A DNA stretch of 62,717 nt, the filler included, from Choristocarpus tenellus KU-1152 (Eukaryota > Protista > Phaeophyceae): assembly GCA_964200185.2 (NCBI GenBank). It is 12 parts of 12 records of this genome, joined end to end, with 100 filler letters (N's around TTAATTAATTAA, not from the genome) between each part and the next. Parts side by side here need not be neighbours in the genome. Positions count along the whole stretch, not along the records: positions 48,248 to 56,952 come from CAXNAD020004425.1; positions 57,053 to 59,913 come from CAXNAD020024139.1; positions 60,014 to 62,717 come from CAXNAD020025477.1; 9 more parts are not named here. One strand, written 5' to 3'. The position numbers were made by a program, and so were the translations under genes. Positions 49,060 to 62,717 of this stretch are shown here, in pieces. Every line of letters starts with the position of its first letter. Position 1 is the stretch's first letter. The notes under the pieces were generated by a model. That model was given only the letters and a program-made list of their open reading frames with translations, was not told where the DNA came from and did not search any database.

Positions 49060-52000
49060 CTTAAGGTAGGCTTTCTCAATAATGCTGACCCACAGTTCTC
49101 TCTTGTCCGTTGATGCAGAGCAGAGCAGACGCCCATTTTCTCCAGTGGGGAGGAGGTCATCCACCATCACCTGAACAATCAAATCAAGCCTTTGTGTCAA
49201 ATTTGTCTCATGCCGTACGATATGATACAACACAAAATATCATAATATATGATACAACATATCAAAATATACGATACGATATGATGTATGATACAACACA
49301 AAACAATATAGCAACCAACACTTTGTTCACAACAATTCACAAAAACAAAAAAAAATGTGGTTCAATCACACACTACTTCCACCAACAACAATCTCACACT
49401 ACTCACACCAAGACCACACTGAATACCAAGTTATCTTCACCACACCGAACAACACAACTAGAAGTATTTCGGGTACAACACTAGAGCGAGCACCTCTTTA
49501 CATGAACCCAGTGAATAATAATTTATATTATTGCATACTTTACTACCTACGACATGTACCACTACCATCAACCAAACTAAAAAAAAAGAAAACTACACAT
49601 TGTGAAATGCCAATTAAAAAAAATAATGAAGGGCACGGACAGCAAAATAAAAACAGGTATGAGCAAATATAGCCTGTAGTCCTGAACTTAAGTCATGTAT
49701 AGAGTATATATAATAATAGAATATATGGTTCCAGTAGGTATTGAAACAATATTGTGGTGTGATATAAAGTAAATATAAAGTAAACACCATGTTCGAAGTA
49801 GATCATTCTTCAGGAAATAAATTAAAAAAACTCATTACACCTCTCACTTCTGTGATTGCATTCAATATGAAAGGCACTCAAACCAAAATCAGAGGTTCTA
49901 ATGCATCTCTATATTTTTATTACTGTATTACTGTATTACTGTATTCCTATATTACTGTATTACTATATTGCTGTATTACTATATTACTGTATTACTATAT
50001 TACTATATTAAAAATAGTATGCACTTCGGTTTGAACTACACAGGCTCTACTGCACTAACCCTAACCCAGTGTATATTTCAACATAAAAGTTGCTAATATA
50101 AATAAAAAATAAACAAAACCGTCCTTTAGAACATGCTACCAGATCAATATGACTACACTAAACAAAGAGCACACTATAATTGACTAGAGCAAATATCTGT
50201 AGCAGGTGGTGTTTTAAATACACATCTTTCAACCCTCAAAAAAGAAAACATCAAGGTAATACAACCAAAATCTGATTCAATACACAATACACCAAACAAA
50301 TCAAAACACCAACGCCAACAACTCATGTTAACCCCCCCCCCCCCCTCAAGAATCGCACCCTCTGCTCATCTTTTTTCTTCTCAGTATACTCAGACATGAA
50401 AAAACAAACAGCTCTATCAATGGATACTCCAAATAATTCACTTATACTACCAAAGACAATGACACAACTATTATTGCTACTATTATTCAGAGGTGTTTGC
50501 GGATGACACACCCAGATGACACCCAGAACACAACAATCCGTCGAGAAATATTATTATTATTAATATCAACTCCAACTGGTGCACAACAAGAAGGCTCTTG
50601 AACCTCAACCAAGCCCCGCCTTTCCACATACACACATACACACATACACAGATGGATGAATGCAAAAGGCTTTGCTTGCCTTTCGGGCTATTCCATTGAT
50701 CCAGAGCTTGACCATGTACTTCCCAGCGGGGTTGTACTTTGGAACACGGCGTTTGTCCTTCAAGGATAAGATTAAAAAAAATGATTGTGTCACGAAGTTG
50801 CAGTGTTCATTTTTGTTAGTAAAAGCGCAGTACTATAGTTGTTATTGTTATTGTTATTGTTATTATTATTATTATTAACAAGATAAGGAGTACATGGCAT
50901 GGGTAGAGGTGGTGCAATAGAGATCAACTGACAGAATTCAGAAAAAGAATAAGGAAGGAGATGAGTTAATCGCCAAATCATGAAGAAAATAAACACAGAC
51001 ACACACACCATATTGTGTAGCTTACAAACATTTCATTACAATATTGGGGGTTTTTAATGAAAAATATCAATTTGTAGTAAAATACTATTAATAGTGAATA
51101 ATAGATTCTTTGATCAATATCTGAATGGTACACCTCTACATTTGGGGTTAGCGACAAGGTACTGTCTAGAAATAATCACAATAGCAATAGTAACAACAGT
51201 ATCAGCAGTACATTATCCTTGAGGTTGCCACATATATATTTTTTGTTCTGAATATATATTGTTCTGAAACTAGTCCGTAATGTAAACCTTGCACCAATAG
51301 TGCCTGACTGTTCATTGGTCCACTGTACTGGTTGACACTTTCACTTCCACCACTAGCTCAATAAAATTATTATCGGCAATAAATACAGTATCTTGATCCT
51401 GTATTATCACTCTAATAAAATAATAAATGACTGTGGCATGCAATAACCTCGTTCATTGTAGTTCCAAATTATTTCAAAAATGATATGTTCCTATCAATAG
51501 CATCAACAGTAACAGCATCAACGGTATCTTGGTCTAGGATTATAATACACCATTCTCTAACCCTAACCTTAAGAAAAAAACATTGTTTTCGTTTCCCCTG
51601 ACCACGAAGATTGCAACGAGTCAGAAAAAAAGGAAAAAAACGAGTTTTTTATTTATTTTTCAAAATTAAATAAAATATTCTAAAATGTATTCTCCACCTT
51701 GAACACAACATGAATGACAAACATGAATGACACACTAAGTGTCTTGCAGTCACTTCTCACAAAAAAAATCTAGAGCACTCAACTATTGAACATATACAAA
51801 GAGTTAAATCTTTGAGGAGCGGCGCAAAATAGATCGGACAGGCCACGCCTACCTACCTTTAAAAAAACTGGTAACCAAGCTCAAAGATCCAAACATTGCC
51901 TCAAAAATCAACTGATACATATTGACCACCCTTTCCCCTTAGAGTAAACCCATTTACAGAGGCCTCATCACAGCATCCCTTGGCAATGTTTTTTCCTGTG

Positions 52001-53091
52001 TGAGGTTGGTTGTTGGTTGTGCTCTTGGAAGGTGGACATGATCTGCCTCTGGTCATCTTATCAACACCATCATCTTGCGAGCCACTACACCCTGAAACCT
52101 CCTTGGTTTGGGTTAGGGTCAGGGTTAGAATGCCCAAAACATCTCCCCTCGCTTTGCCAGTCCTCTACAAACCCCTTTGATTGACCACCTCCCAATGACT
52201 CCCACGTATCCCCCTTGAAGCTTCTTTGCACTGGGGAGTGGAAGTAGTTTACGGCCTGAGTGATCCAGGCAAGGCACAGAGGAGACCGATCGACACTCCA
52301 AGAAGGGTACTTTACCCTAACCCTAACTACACACAGCACAACTAGTACCGTTAGGTCCACAGTAAATAACAACACAGTCAATGACAACACTGTCAATGAC
52401 AACACTATCAATGACAACACAGTCAATGACAACACTGTCAATGACAACACAGTCAATGACAACACTGTCAATGACAACACAGTCAATGACAACACTGTCA
52501 ATGACAACACAGTCAATGACAACACAGTCAATGACAACACTGTCAAAGCTGGAGTCAAGACCAAGAAAGATTTGAGAGTCATCGAGGAAGCAACTCATAC
52601 CCCAGTACCGAGCACCAAGGAAAGGTGCTAAATATCTCGCTTTGAAGTTATATATATACATATATGCATATGTAATGTGAACCTAAGAATGTGGTCAAAT
52701 GGACTCAAGTTCTTATCTTGGACCTTCTGAAGCACCTACAACACCAACCTACCATCAATCTACCATGGGTGCATACTAACACTAATGATGTCAGCAACAC
52801 ATTCTTAACATCAGAATTTTCCAGAACATTATTTTACTTCCTTTGTGAAGATTCAAATACTCTAAGAACAATACAATACTAAAGAGAAGTATTCCGTGAG
52901 GTTGCTTCATATGTTGCATATGAAAGCAAGGAATTTTGCGTGTAAATAATGCAATATGGTACCATATGTTAAATCTACAACGGAATAGTGGTCGCTCTCC
53001 AAATTGCTTCAGTGCCTCCAAATTTTTTATCAAATGTTTTTTTTGGCAAGAAGTGGTTGCAACAACTACATACACAGTAGAATTAACCCTC

Positions 53092-53151
<60 letters not shown>

Positions 53152-56100
53152 CACAGCTGGTGTTTCTCTTTAAAATCTCATCACCTACATTAAAAAAAAC
53201 ACCTGTTCAAAATTGATACAGCACGGCATTACACAGGTCACACACACACACACACACACACACACAAAGCAGTGGGGTGATAAACACTGAAGATGCTCAC
53301 GTCATGAACCACCTCAAAAAATATTCAAACCAAGAAAGCATACAGCCTGACACATAGAGGAACAGAGATCCTGGTGCCTGATCCCAAAAAATGAGAACTC
53401 GATTCAACAAAGATTGCAAAAATGCAGAGACTCATCCGTGAACAGGTGGGGATGGATTGATATCTCCATGTAAAATTTGTACCTGAGGGTATATAATGCT
53501 GGTGATGAGCTGCTTGTGAAAGCGTTGTTCGAATGCAGACGCTATACACAGGGATGCCACAAAGCTGCAGTCAGAGATTAGATCCTTTTTGCGTTCACCC
53601 ATTAACACACACAGCAGTATCGAGAATTAACACGCCAGACATGCATACATAGACATCAGTAGCGAACCATACAAGTTACTATATATATATTCTCACACAA
53701 TTAGAATCAGAACTAGAGGTAGAGGTAGAGCTAGGCTAAGGGTTAGGGTGGGGACTGGGCAGACAGACACATGCAGTGTTCAATCTGGTGTATTGGGCTA
53801 GTGTGGGCTTCAGGAAGGGTCTGTTTTTTTGTTGTTTATTGTAGTAGAAATTGGCAGTTACGTTAATATAGGATGTTAATATCGTATGTTAATATAGTAT
53901 GTTGATATGTTAATAACCTGGAATAACAGTTTCATTGAGAGGTAGACACTGGCAGTTACAGCAGCTTCAGAGTAGATGGTTCAGCAACAGTGCACCAGAA
54001 AGAGGTTACACTGTAGTCTGATAAACCAACCCTAACCTCAGTTCTATTGATTCACCCTGTACTTTACAGAACCATACTGTAGTGTTGTTTACAGAGAGGA
54101 CACCAATAACACAACCGTCAAGGTCCAACTTGGTACTTTGACTCCTAAATACAATACCACTGCTGCACCATTACCACCGTGTCACCACTGTACCAATCCT
54201 GTGCAGCAATGTACTAGTTCTAACAGGTACTGTACCAATCTGTACTACCACTGTACAAACCCTGTACCAGTGATGTACCTGTGCAGGTACTGAATCATTT
54301 ACTGTATGGTACCAATGGTGTACCTGTTTGATGCTGTATGGAGTGACAGACGCAATCATCGTTGGTTTTCCACGCATGAACTGCGATGGCCTCTTCCACC
54401 TGAAAGACATTTTGTAGGGGTACTAACGGGTGTCAGTCAAAGTAGGCAAGTAAATACAATACTGATTCTAGTGTAGAAAACCGCCTATGACTTTATGGTT
54501 CCACAATCCACACACCAACACACATCAACACACACCAGGTACAAAAAAAAGGAGCAAGTTGTGCACTGCGTACTCAAGTAAAATTTGATCGCTGGGTTTA
54601 ACGCCGCAGCCTAACCACACCAATAAAATCACACCAATAAAATCACACCAATAAAATCACACCAATAAAATCACTCTGATGACTGGGGTAGGTGTAAAGA
54701 GGGGGAAACACAAGCGAGAAGAGGCCACAAGAGATCAGCGACAGGAGAGGGCCAATGCGACTTCTCTCACACTTCGATTAATGTCTCACAGAGAGGATGT
54801 CTTCGCGGCCTTGGAAGGCATTCATACGCACACGATGAGGATACAAAATCCTTTACTAATACCAATCTTGTTGTCGCCACAGTAGTAGTGCAGCGGAAAA
54901 AAATATTTTTGAAGCAGTAAATAATAAGGTGCGCTCATCCATACACCTCCCCAAGTTTCTGAATTCAATCGCAACTACCAACAGTCAGCGTCAGCCAGCA
55001 TCAATAGACCGCCTGCCACAGTTGTGTCAACCTTAAACCAACGCTGTCGACAAATCTCTGACTCACCCTGTAAGGTGCTTTTGTTGTTTTTCAGCCAATG
55101 GTAGTAGTCCGTCCTCATCTACCCATGGTCGTGGGTAGTCAAACTTCTCCTGAAAGAAAAAAGAAAAAAAAAGGGGGGGGGGGGGGGGGGGGGGGCAAAA
55201 AAAGAGGGAGAAAAAAAAAAAAAAATTAAAAAAATAAAATTTATTTTTTATCTTTAAAAATTAAACATTATTTCTNNNNNNNNNNCCCCTAGCTCGGGAA
55301 CTGCATGAGGAGAAAAAAAGAAAAGACAAAGGGAGGGGGGGGGGGGGGGGGGGGGGGGGGTTGCCAAAATCGAGGGAGCAAAACAACTCACAATTTAAAA
55401 TGTCATAGTTAGTCTTAGTCTTCAAAAATTCAACACTCTTACAGTTTCAAAAAATTAAATTATTATTTATTATCGTTATCTGAATGCGAATAATACAGTA
55501 GTCTCTAACTCGATATGGAACATTCTTGTTAGGGTCAGGGCTGCAACTACGGTAGTTTGGTGCTAAAAATTCGTACTACAAACGAGTTGAGTTGAAACAA
55601 GATTTAACAAATTTTTATTTTATTTTACAAACCGATTGAGGAATAAACATCCTGTCATGCAATCGGTAAATACTGTACACTCAACATGAACCAAATACTC
55701 AAATAAATATGTACATACGACCTGCACAAGAAGAAAGTGTCATGCGTGCAGCATCAGACCATCAATCTACTCTAGCATCACTCTACCCCAAACAAACAAC
55801 GTAGTTCATGTTTGGCAATAGTAAAGCAATAGTAAAGCAATAGTAAAACAATGGTAAAACAATATAATTCTTCTAGTTTCAAGATCAGACCCTTCACAAG
55901 AACCCATGAAAACCTCATGCATGCTACAGGTATTAAAAAAAAAAAATTGCATTTGATTAGGATTCACTGTTCTTGAACCATGTCTCAAAGAACAAGTGAC
56001 AGATAGGAACCAAATGCGGTCTGCACACATCCCAAACACCCACACACAAACTATAAAAAGTTGAATCAAGAAAAATCCCAACAGTCCATTTCCTATTCCC

Positions 56101-56512
56101 CTCTCCATGTGCCCACAACAGTTGGCCTGTAGGTCCTAACCTACTCTAATTCTAATTGAATTCCACTATTATTATTGTTACTATTACTATTATTATCCAT
56201 GTAACAAGCACCTCGTTCTGCAGTGGATGCGGTTCTGTGCTCCACCTCACATCATCAACATTGAGAGTTCAGGACAGGGGTCAGCTCCTCTCAAAAAACG
56301 AAAAAAAAAAAACTCTGTATATTCAACACATATATTAGTGCACACACAGGGAGGCAGGCAGGCAGGCACACAGAGAAACACAACTGCACACCTCTAAATC
56401 TTCCTCGAGCCACGGCATGTACACCTTTCCGTTGACAGAAGAGCTATCCCCAAGCACTGCCATCTCATCTGGATGGAGACCCCCTTTATCAAGAGGAGGC
56501 GGTATGGGCGAT
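49060..56512 (-). CDS. Calpain-7/PalB-like cysteine protease, six internal exons (56512-56392, 55149-55067, 54399-54324, 53584-53483, 50757-50680, 49170-49060)
   Basis: All phases are concordant. Peptide: [19 protein letters not shown]...|[22 protein letters not shown]..|WKRPSQF...SIKQ|[12 protein letters not shown] (catalytic Cys)...IIYPQ|[26 protein letters not shown]|VMVDDLLP...[13 protein letters not shown]. Truncated by the contig ends. Confidence 0.93.
52370..52545. repeat. 15-bp minisatellite (GTCAATGACAACACW) x ~11
   Basis: Direct reading; lies in a calpain intron. Confidence 0.95.
53092..53150. repeat. (AAT)n microsatellite
   Basis: Direct reading. Confidence 0.95.
54617..54674. 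repeat. 14-bp tandem repeat (CACCAATAAAATCA) x4
   Basis: Direct reading. Confidence 0.9.
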
Positions 56513-56600
56513 CTGGACACAAGTGAAACAAACAAAAAAAGAGATACATCAACATTCGATCGAATTGTGTAAAATAAATAAATAAAATAAATGCTGTACT

Positions 56601-56652
<52 letters not shown>

Positions 56653-57127
56653 GCACAGAAAAAAGAGTACTAGTTCCATGATGAACAAAAAAAAAATCAG
56701 TACGTTATCGCAGTAAAAAAAATAACGAACTAGACAAGAATAAAATATATATATATACCTAATGAATATAGATTATGATAGTTTGTTCTGCTCTGTCGAT
56801 GATTTTTGTAAAATGTTTGAGCCATGGTATAAAAAATCTTTACTTACTTCAGCTACAAAAAAACGGTTAGGGTTAGGGTTAGGGTTAGTTTCAACTCTAT
56901 GGTCTGTAAGAACATCATGAAACCACGATGTATGTATACCAAATTTACTCATNNNNNNNNNNNNNNNNNNNNNNNNNNNNNNNNNNNNNNNNNNNNTTAA
57001 TTAATTAANNNNNNNNNNNNNNNNNNNNNNNNNNNNNNNNNNNNNNNNNNNNCGAAACGGACGCCCCCTCACAAACCACCCCCCCCCCAAGATACTTTGA
57101 CCCCCATTTCATTTATCTCACTATGTA

Positions 57128-57390
57128 GAGTCGAAGTAACTTGGAGGGTAGAGCCGCGTCCATTTGGGGACCAAAATTCAATGTTGCGTTTTTGATGAAA
57201 CTTTAAGTTATCGTGTTTGTTAGAAGGTGTCAATATGTATGTTTGTGTGGACACGCCTTTTCATAACATACACATTTCACCTACTCCTAAACATTTTGCA
57301 GTAGGAAAATGTCACCAAAAAAGACATGGGAAGCAAAGCCCCAAATGAACAAACAGGGCAAAACTCGTAACCTCTATGATACTTTCACTC
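57128..57390. mobile_element. MITE family A
   Basis: GAGTCGAAGTAACTTGGAGGGTA...GATACTTTCACTC, flanked by TGTA/TGTA. Confidence 0.88.
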
Positions 57391-57849
57391 TGTAACCTCT
57401 TTCATCCTTACCATGCTTCAAAGCGTAGGTCACCCTGATAGTGCTCTTGCGATCATTATACTTTATCAACGAATGACATAAAGTTGTACTTTCTATTTAT
57501 GGTATTTCTTGATAGATTGTAGGACAAACTCATATATCGGAGGTAAGTCGTGGATGGTGGTCTATTTTCAGGAGGATTCAATTGTACTATGAACTGAAAC
57601 TTATCTATTGAACTTGCAGACCAGTGGGTTCAAAATGAAGTATAACACCATGATTGATTATGAAATCAACCTGACTATTCCCGATGATGCCTCATGTGGA
57701 ATATACGGCTCAAAGTATCTGGGAGGGGGTGGCGGCTGTCCATTTGGGGTCAATTTTTTCATGTCACGATTTTGGGGTTATTTGGTACTGGACTCACCTC
57801 GATATTGGTCGAGCCTTTTTGTGGTATAACCACAAACGGGATAGTACAG

Positions 57850-58480
57850 GTGTACAATCTGTTGCGGTCGTCACGTGGAATTGGATAATCAAAACCAGAT
57901 TTACATGAAAGAAGTCTGTCGTTGAAGGGGTTCGAACCATCGTAATTCATGCAGGGAATAGTCATTTCAATCACTAAACCAAAAAAGAATGTCGATACAT
58001 ATGGGTATGAGTAAGGATGAAGGTTGCTGATTTTGTTCCAAACGTGTGTGGGATAACTGACTTTCGACTTATATACGAGGTCCTGATGAATTCCATGGTC
58101 ATACCTTCTCGGCCTTTTGGCTAAGATCATGTGTAGTATCTGTTCTATCTAGTGTGAAAACTAGATGATTTCCAATGGAGATCAAATTTCACACCTGTTT
58201 TTGAAATAGCTGGGTCAAGTGTCGCTTGCGTCACTCTAGCTGGATTTCCTTGGCATTACACTTCAGCCAAGCGAGGTCCGTCCCTTTGGGGACAACACGA
58301 AAACAGTCAATCACAACACAACCATTATTACAATGCGACAAGGTCATTCATCCCTTGAACACCAAAACATGCAGTAACAGTATATACTATATTTCTATGT
58401 GGAAGTAGCTCTCGCGAGACGCCAAGCAAAGAGTGTTTGGAACTTCGTCATTGTCGTAAGAGATACAAACCACTCTTCCC
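57850..58480 (-). mobile_element. Possible Ty1/copia RT relic
   Basis: Minus-strand remnants NDEVPNT, GNPARV...SKTGVKF, HMILA and STFFFGLVIE occur in copia RT order. Very decayed. Confidence 0.35.
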
Positions 58481-59351
58481 TTCTACATTTAGTCCGAGCA
58501 AGCATGTTTTAGTTCAACAGCATTATTATTGAGGGGATACTTCGGGTCCATAAAATCTGTTTTGATGTTATGTCTGGCAATGTCCCACAGCTTGCGGTGC
58601 CTTCGCCATCAATAATTTTAAAAGTCCCTCTTGACTAATTTGAATATGGTCAAAATTCGGCGTATACCCCACAGGTACACATTGTACTACCTGCGTGTAT
58701 ATTTCAAATGCGACATTAAGGTTTTGTGCAGGCAAGCACATATCCCCATCTCACATAGCTCGTGCCTTCTACCTAGTAGCAGGTATCCCTGGTACCTAGG
58801 CACAACCCCGTTGTTTGTGTTCAGAAGTGCTCTGCAGAATATTTAGAGTGTTTATCGTAGTACATTACATCTGGCAGAGTACAAAGAAAGAGAGTTCATG
58901 TGATACGGTACATCCCGGAAATGATCTCTTCTAGATGATGTTATAGGAAATCCAAAACTACTAGGATATAGGATTCGGGAATGTTTCTAGATGTGAGCAG
59001 TACGGAGTGGTTCCAGACATCAATAGGTGGACAAGACGAAGTCCCAAACACTCACTTCCAATCTCAGCTTGTTTTGGAGTTCCATTTTGGAGGGACTGTT
59101 AAATCGACAAAAAAGATAGGAAGGCGTAAAACATCTAGAGATACTGGGGCAGTCCAGAGATTCAATCGTCGAAGGAGGAAGGTGTATCAACGAACAGCAG
59201 CCTCTGTGAGCACATTGTAATGTGAGAGCCACTGTAGGTAAGTCATTCTGTTGTTGGTTCGCAAGGAGTTGGGATATCGGATGAAGGTGGAAGTAAATAC
59301 ATTTATAGATATGCGTGTGTTTGTGAATACTCGTGTGTGTAGCTCCCTCAG

Positions 59352-59714
59352 ATGATCGGGGTAGCTATCTGTGAGGCACAGCAACAGCAACAGGAACAAC
59401 AGAAACCGCGAGAAGCGCTGCCCAGAAGAGAGATTGTAAACCTAAGAGTTGAGCTGAAGATCTTCTCAGGAAACCGAAAGGACTGGTGGAACTGGAACAA
59501 GGTGCACCTGGGGCAGACCAGATCTATCGGGTACATGGATATGTTTGACGTGCAGGAAGGACAAGATGTTAAGGTTGATGCGGGGAACGATTTCAACTGG
59601 GTAGGCTCGGTAACAACTGAATCAGTACTATCATGCAAAGGGGTTATGCAGACAGCACCGTCTTCTCCTCAAATTCAACACAATGGAAATGAAGCTAAGG
59701 CGAAGATCCAATGA
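59352..59714 (+). mobile_element. Possible LTR-retrotransposon gag N-terminal fragment
   Basis: LKIFSGNRKDWWNWNK resembles the FxG...W..W gag start motif; no downstream pol is present in the contig. Confidence 0.35.
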
Positions 59715-61199
59715 AGTCCCCACTCCGGGTCAATGGTGTCGCTGGCAGATTAAAGGGTCAAAGTATCTTGGGGGGGTGTCGGCGTCCGTTTTTCACCCTT
59801 TTTTCGATTTTCACTTTTTTGGTGACCTAAACTATCTGGGGGGGTGGGGGGGGTCTACCCGAGGGTGTCCATTTTGGACCAAAATCGGGAAAAGTGCATT
59901 TGCATTATTCATCNNNNNNNNNNNNNNNNNNNNNNNNNNNNNNNNNNNNNNNNNNNNTTAATTAATTAANNNNNNNNNNNNNNNNNNNNNNNNNNNNNNN
60001 NNNNNNNNNNNNNCCCTCCACAAGCACCAAAATAGTTTTGAACCAAAATATATCCCATTCAAAAAGGGGCCCTTAAAAAGTGCCGCAACACTTACAAAAA
60101 AAAACATATCGACGCTTTTTCCCGGTCAATTTTGGGTCAAACCCATCCTCCATAGTATCCTCCATCCTCTAGAGGTAGGCAGGGTTGCATTGTAAGGATC
60201 CCGACAATGGGCAAAAAGAAAGCATTTTGTACAATTGTAGAGAGAGTCTTTGCCGAATTGTGGTGTGGATACGAATTTTGCATACACTATTGCGCACATG
60301 AAATATTGAAATAGGGTGCAATTGCACAGGGTAAGAAATATCGATTAGGATGAAAAAGGGTCGAAACTTGCCTACCTCTCAGTTGGTTTGGCTCATTATC
60401 TTGAGTAAGCAGTGGTCAGAGGTACTACACACTGTACGGTTGTCGCTGTTGTGAAACAAGCGGAAACGGGCAGACAGATTCTTCAGACCAAAGAGTGGGA
60501 AGACCCACAGGAGGAATGAACGGTAGAGAAAGAGAGACAAGGCAGGAGACTGAAAACCCTTAGAAGGTCGCCCAGGAAAGGAGTGAATAAGGAAAATTAA
60601 GGAAGTAGGATTTGTAACCTCCACTCAACAACCCAATATTGACGTCATCAGGAAGGAATGTTGGTGGTGATTTGGGGAAACAGAAATGCCCCAGGTGATC
60701 ACCACTGTCGTGAGGCAGGGTCCAATCAGTCGTGGGGGGTGTTCAGAATCACCAGTTGTGTCACAGTGGGGTGTTTCCAGCAAGCCCAAAGTTCTCTCGG
60801 TCATCAAATCTTAGGAAAAGGTTTTATGGGGTCTGAGATCCGATGGGTGATATCACATCTTTGTGAACGTTCAATTGTAAGTGGTCTGGGGGTCCTCAAA
60901 AGTTTGTTGTGTTTGATGTGGGAAAGTCACCAATGATAAAGAAATATGCGCGCAATACACTTGTGAGTGCGCGCGGATGTGGATTGGACTGATATAGTTC
61001 TGTCTGTCACATATTCCTTTGAAAGGAAAGACACGCTAAAGGTATACCTTGACAGGAAAGTGATCATTACATCAACCAGTATCATATTAATTCTATGTAG
61101 TAGCATTGTAGGATGTATTCGGATAGAACTAGTTTGTAGTATAGTGTTAACCCCTACCACTACTACTATTATACCCTTCTACATTTGGGGGGGTCATAG

Positions 61200-62030
61200 A
61201 ACCCAGAAAAGAGAGTGGAAATGACTATAGCATCCAAAGCCGAAGATAGGACAGACTTTTCTACGAGAAACGAGGTCCAACAAGATGGCGAAGTTGGAGG
61301 GAGGAAGGAAGATGTTCACCCTACACCTGATGGAGGTGGAGGAGGGGGCGTGGAGGTGGAGGGGAAGTCATGGGGGGGAGGCGCATGGGACGCAAGAGTA
61401 TCCCGACTTTCACCGTCATCGGGAGATGTTGATGGAGACAAGATGACTGCTGTTGGAGAGCTTCACACGATTCCCGTCCCCGTCGTGGAAGCTAACGAGG
61501 TGGGATTGGCACAAGTGCAAGCCAGGGATATCTCTAAGACTGTCGTTGGTATAGGGGATCGTACCTTAAGTAGCGCTTCTGGAACATGTGTCACCCCTAT
61601 TTTGCCACCGAAAGTGACACAAGATGAAAAAAACTCTACTTTATCCGCCAAGGCTGGTGTGGGGGAGGCGGTGTTGCCATCACAGACCTTCTCACCTGAG
61701 GATGATGCGGTGCCCATCGTCAAGGTTGACAAACCTTGTGACATGATTGCAAATGCTGGCGACGTATCTGATACTTCTACACGAATTTCATCACTGGACG
61801 ATCTGGTAGCGCCCAGCGTCAAGGTTAAGAATGATATGACAACCAAGGTTGGAGAGAAACCCGATATTTCTGCTGATGACATTGCTAAGTCAGCACCCCT
61901 CCTAACTGGAGCGAATGAAAAAGGTCCCCTTCCCGACTTTGTCTCTCCAAGTTCAAACGACACCATGACGTGTAGAGGTTCCGAGACGACGAAAGTTCGA
62001 AGTCCGCAGCCAGTAAGGACCACTGTCCAG
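61200..62030 (+). CDS. Large internal exon encoding a low-complexity, probably disordered protein segment
   Basis: An 831-nt open frame between CATAG|AAC and CAG|GTGAGG, phase 0-0. Rich in S/T/D/G/V; no domain recognised. Confidence 0.65.
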
Positions 62031-62717
62031 GTGAGGTATTAAGACTAGTTTCACGCCTAGAGAGGCCTTCCTCCCTCAATCAACGGGGTGCCGTCTCCTA
62101 TTGGTGCCTACATTTTTTGGGATGCTTTTTTCCCGTCAAAAAGATACCCCTAGCAGAATAGTTTGGGGCGATTTCTCTTCGACATCGGGGGTACCTTTGT
62201 GCCCCTCTACATCTCCTTAGAACCCCCCTCGCCAAAGAAAAAGTCGTGGACTAGTATGCACTCTAATGCTAACCGAACACTTGCTTGGCCACGGAGGACA
62301 CCAATCGTTGACACCCTGCTGGTTTGTTCCTTTCCGTGTGGTGCAAGTTATTTATTTAATATGGAACCAAGCATGGAGTGCAGTGCAAGTCACCCTTTTT
62401 TCCTTGTTGCTTTTCACATTCCTTAGTTTATACCCCTTTGCTCATGTTCCGACTCCGCCCACTTTGTGTTGGTATTTTTTGTTGAACATTTGGATTATTG
62501 ATATGTATTGTGTTGTTTGTGTTTGAGGGGTTTCGGCAAGGGCGCTTATATCTCTACCTAACACCTATCATTGGCTCTTCTGCAGTGAGCTGGATTGCCT
62601 TTTGAAGGAAATATGTACCCATTGTGTTAGCTACCCCCCCCTTATCCCCCACTCCTTCTAGACAATCTTTTGATTTGAGTGACAAGGACCCGGGCCCAGA
62701 AAAGCAGTGCTGTTAGC

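Noticed and set aside
52085-52661. ORFs with TVLSL / NDNTV / MTTLS repeats
   Set aside because: These are translations of a 15-bp minisatellite inside a calpain intron.
43020-56512. FAN1, RCC1 and calpain as a gene cluster or a fused RCC1-calpain gene
   Set aside because: They lie on three different contigs joined by artificial linkers.
56866-56888. True telomere
   Set aside because: Only ~4 TTAGGG units followed by unique sequence; it is an interstitial tract.
61463-62023. 186-aa antisense ORF
   Set aside because: It is a shadow of the plus-strand exon, which has proper splice sites.

Overview
This is eukaryotic genomic DNA, not prokaryotic. It is most likely from a brown alga or related ochrophyte (inference from the long spliceosomal introns, scattered TTAGGG tracts, and the protein and transposon families present). 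The window is not contiguous: 12 short contigs are joined by an artificial N44-TTAATTAATTAA-N44 linker, so adjacency across linkers has no biological meaning. Host gene fragments reconstructed from splice sites and phase: a non-RD TKL-type kinase with a probable MLKL-like helical N-terminus (3288-5334), a calpain-7/PalB-like protease (6 exons, minus strand), the FAN1 VRR-NUC terminal exon, two RCC1-repeat exons, and three genes of unknown function. The rest is mostly decayed mobile DNA: an intron-containing pogo/Tigger transposase, five CRE-like restriction-like-endonuclease (RLE) non-LTR retrotransposon fragments, a DIRS/Ngaro-like reverse transcriptase (RT), Ty1/copia relics, and three related MITE families with GRG...CYC-type ends and 4-bp flanking duplications. 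No CRISPR array, rRNA or tRNA is supported. The best leads are the catalytically intact MLKL-like kinase, the head-to-tail CRE array with a recurring hairpin motif, and the Sola-like MITE system. All family assignments come from motif recognition by eye, not database searches.
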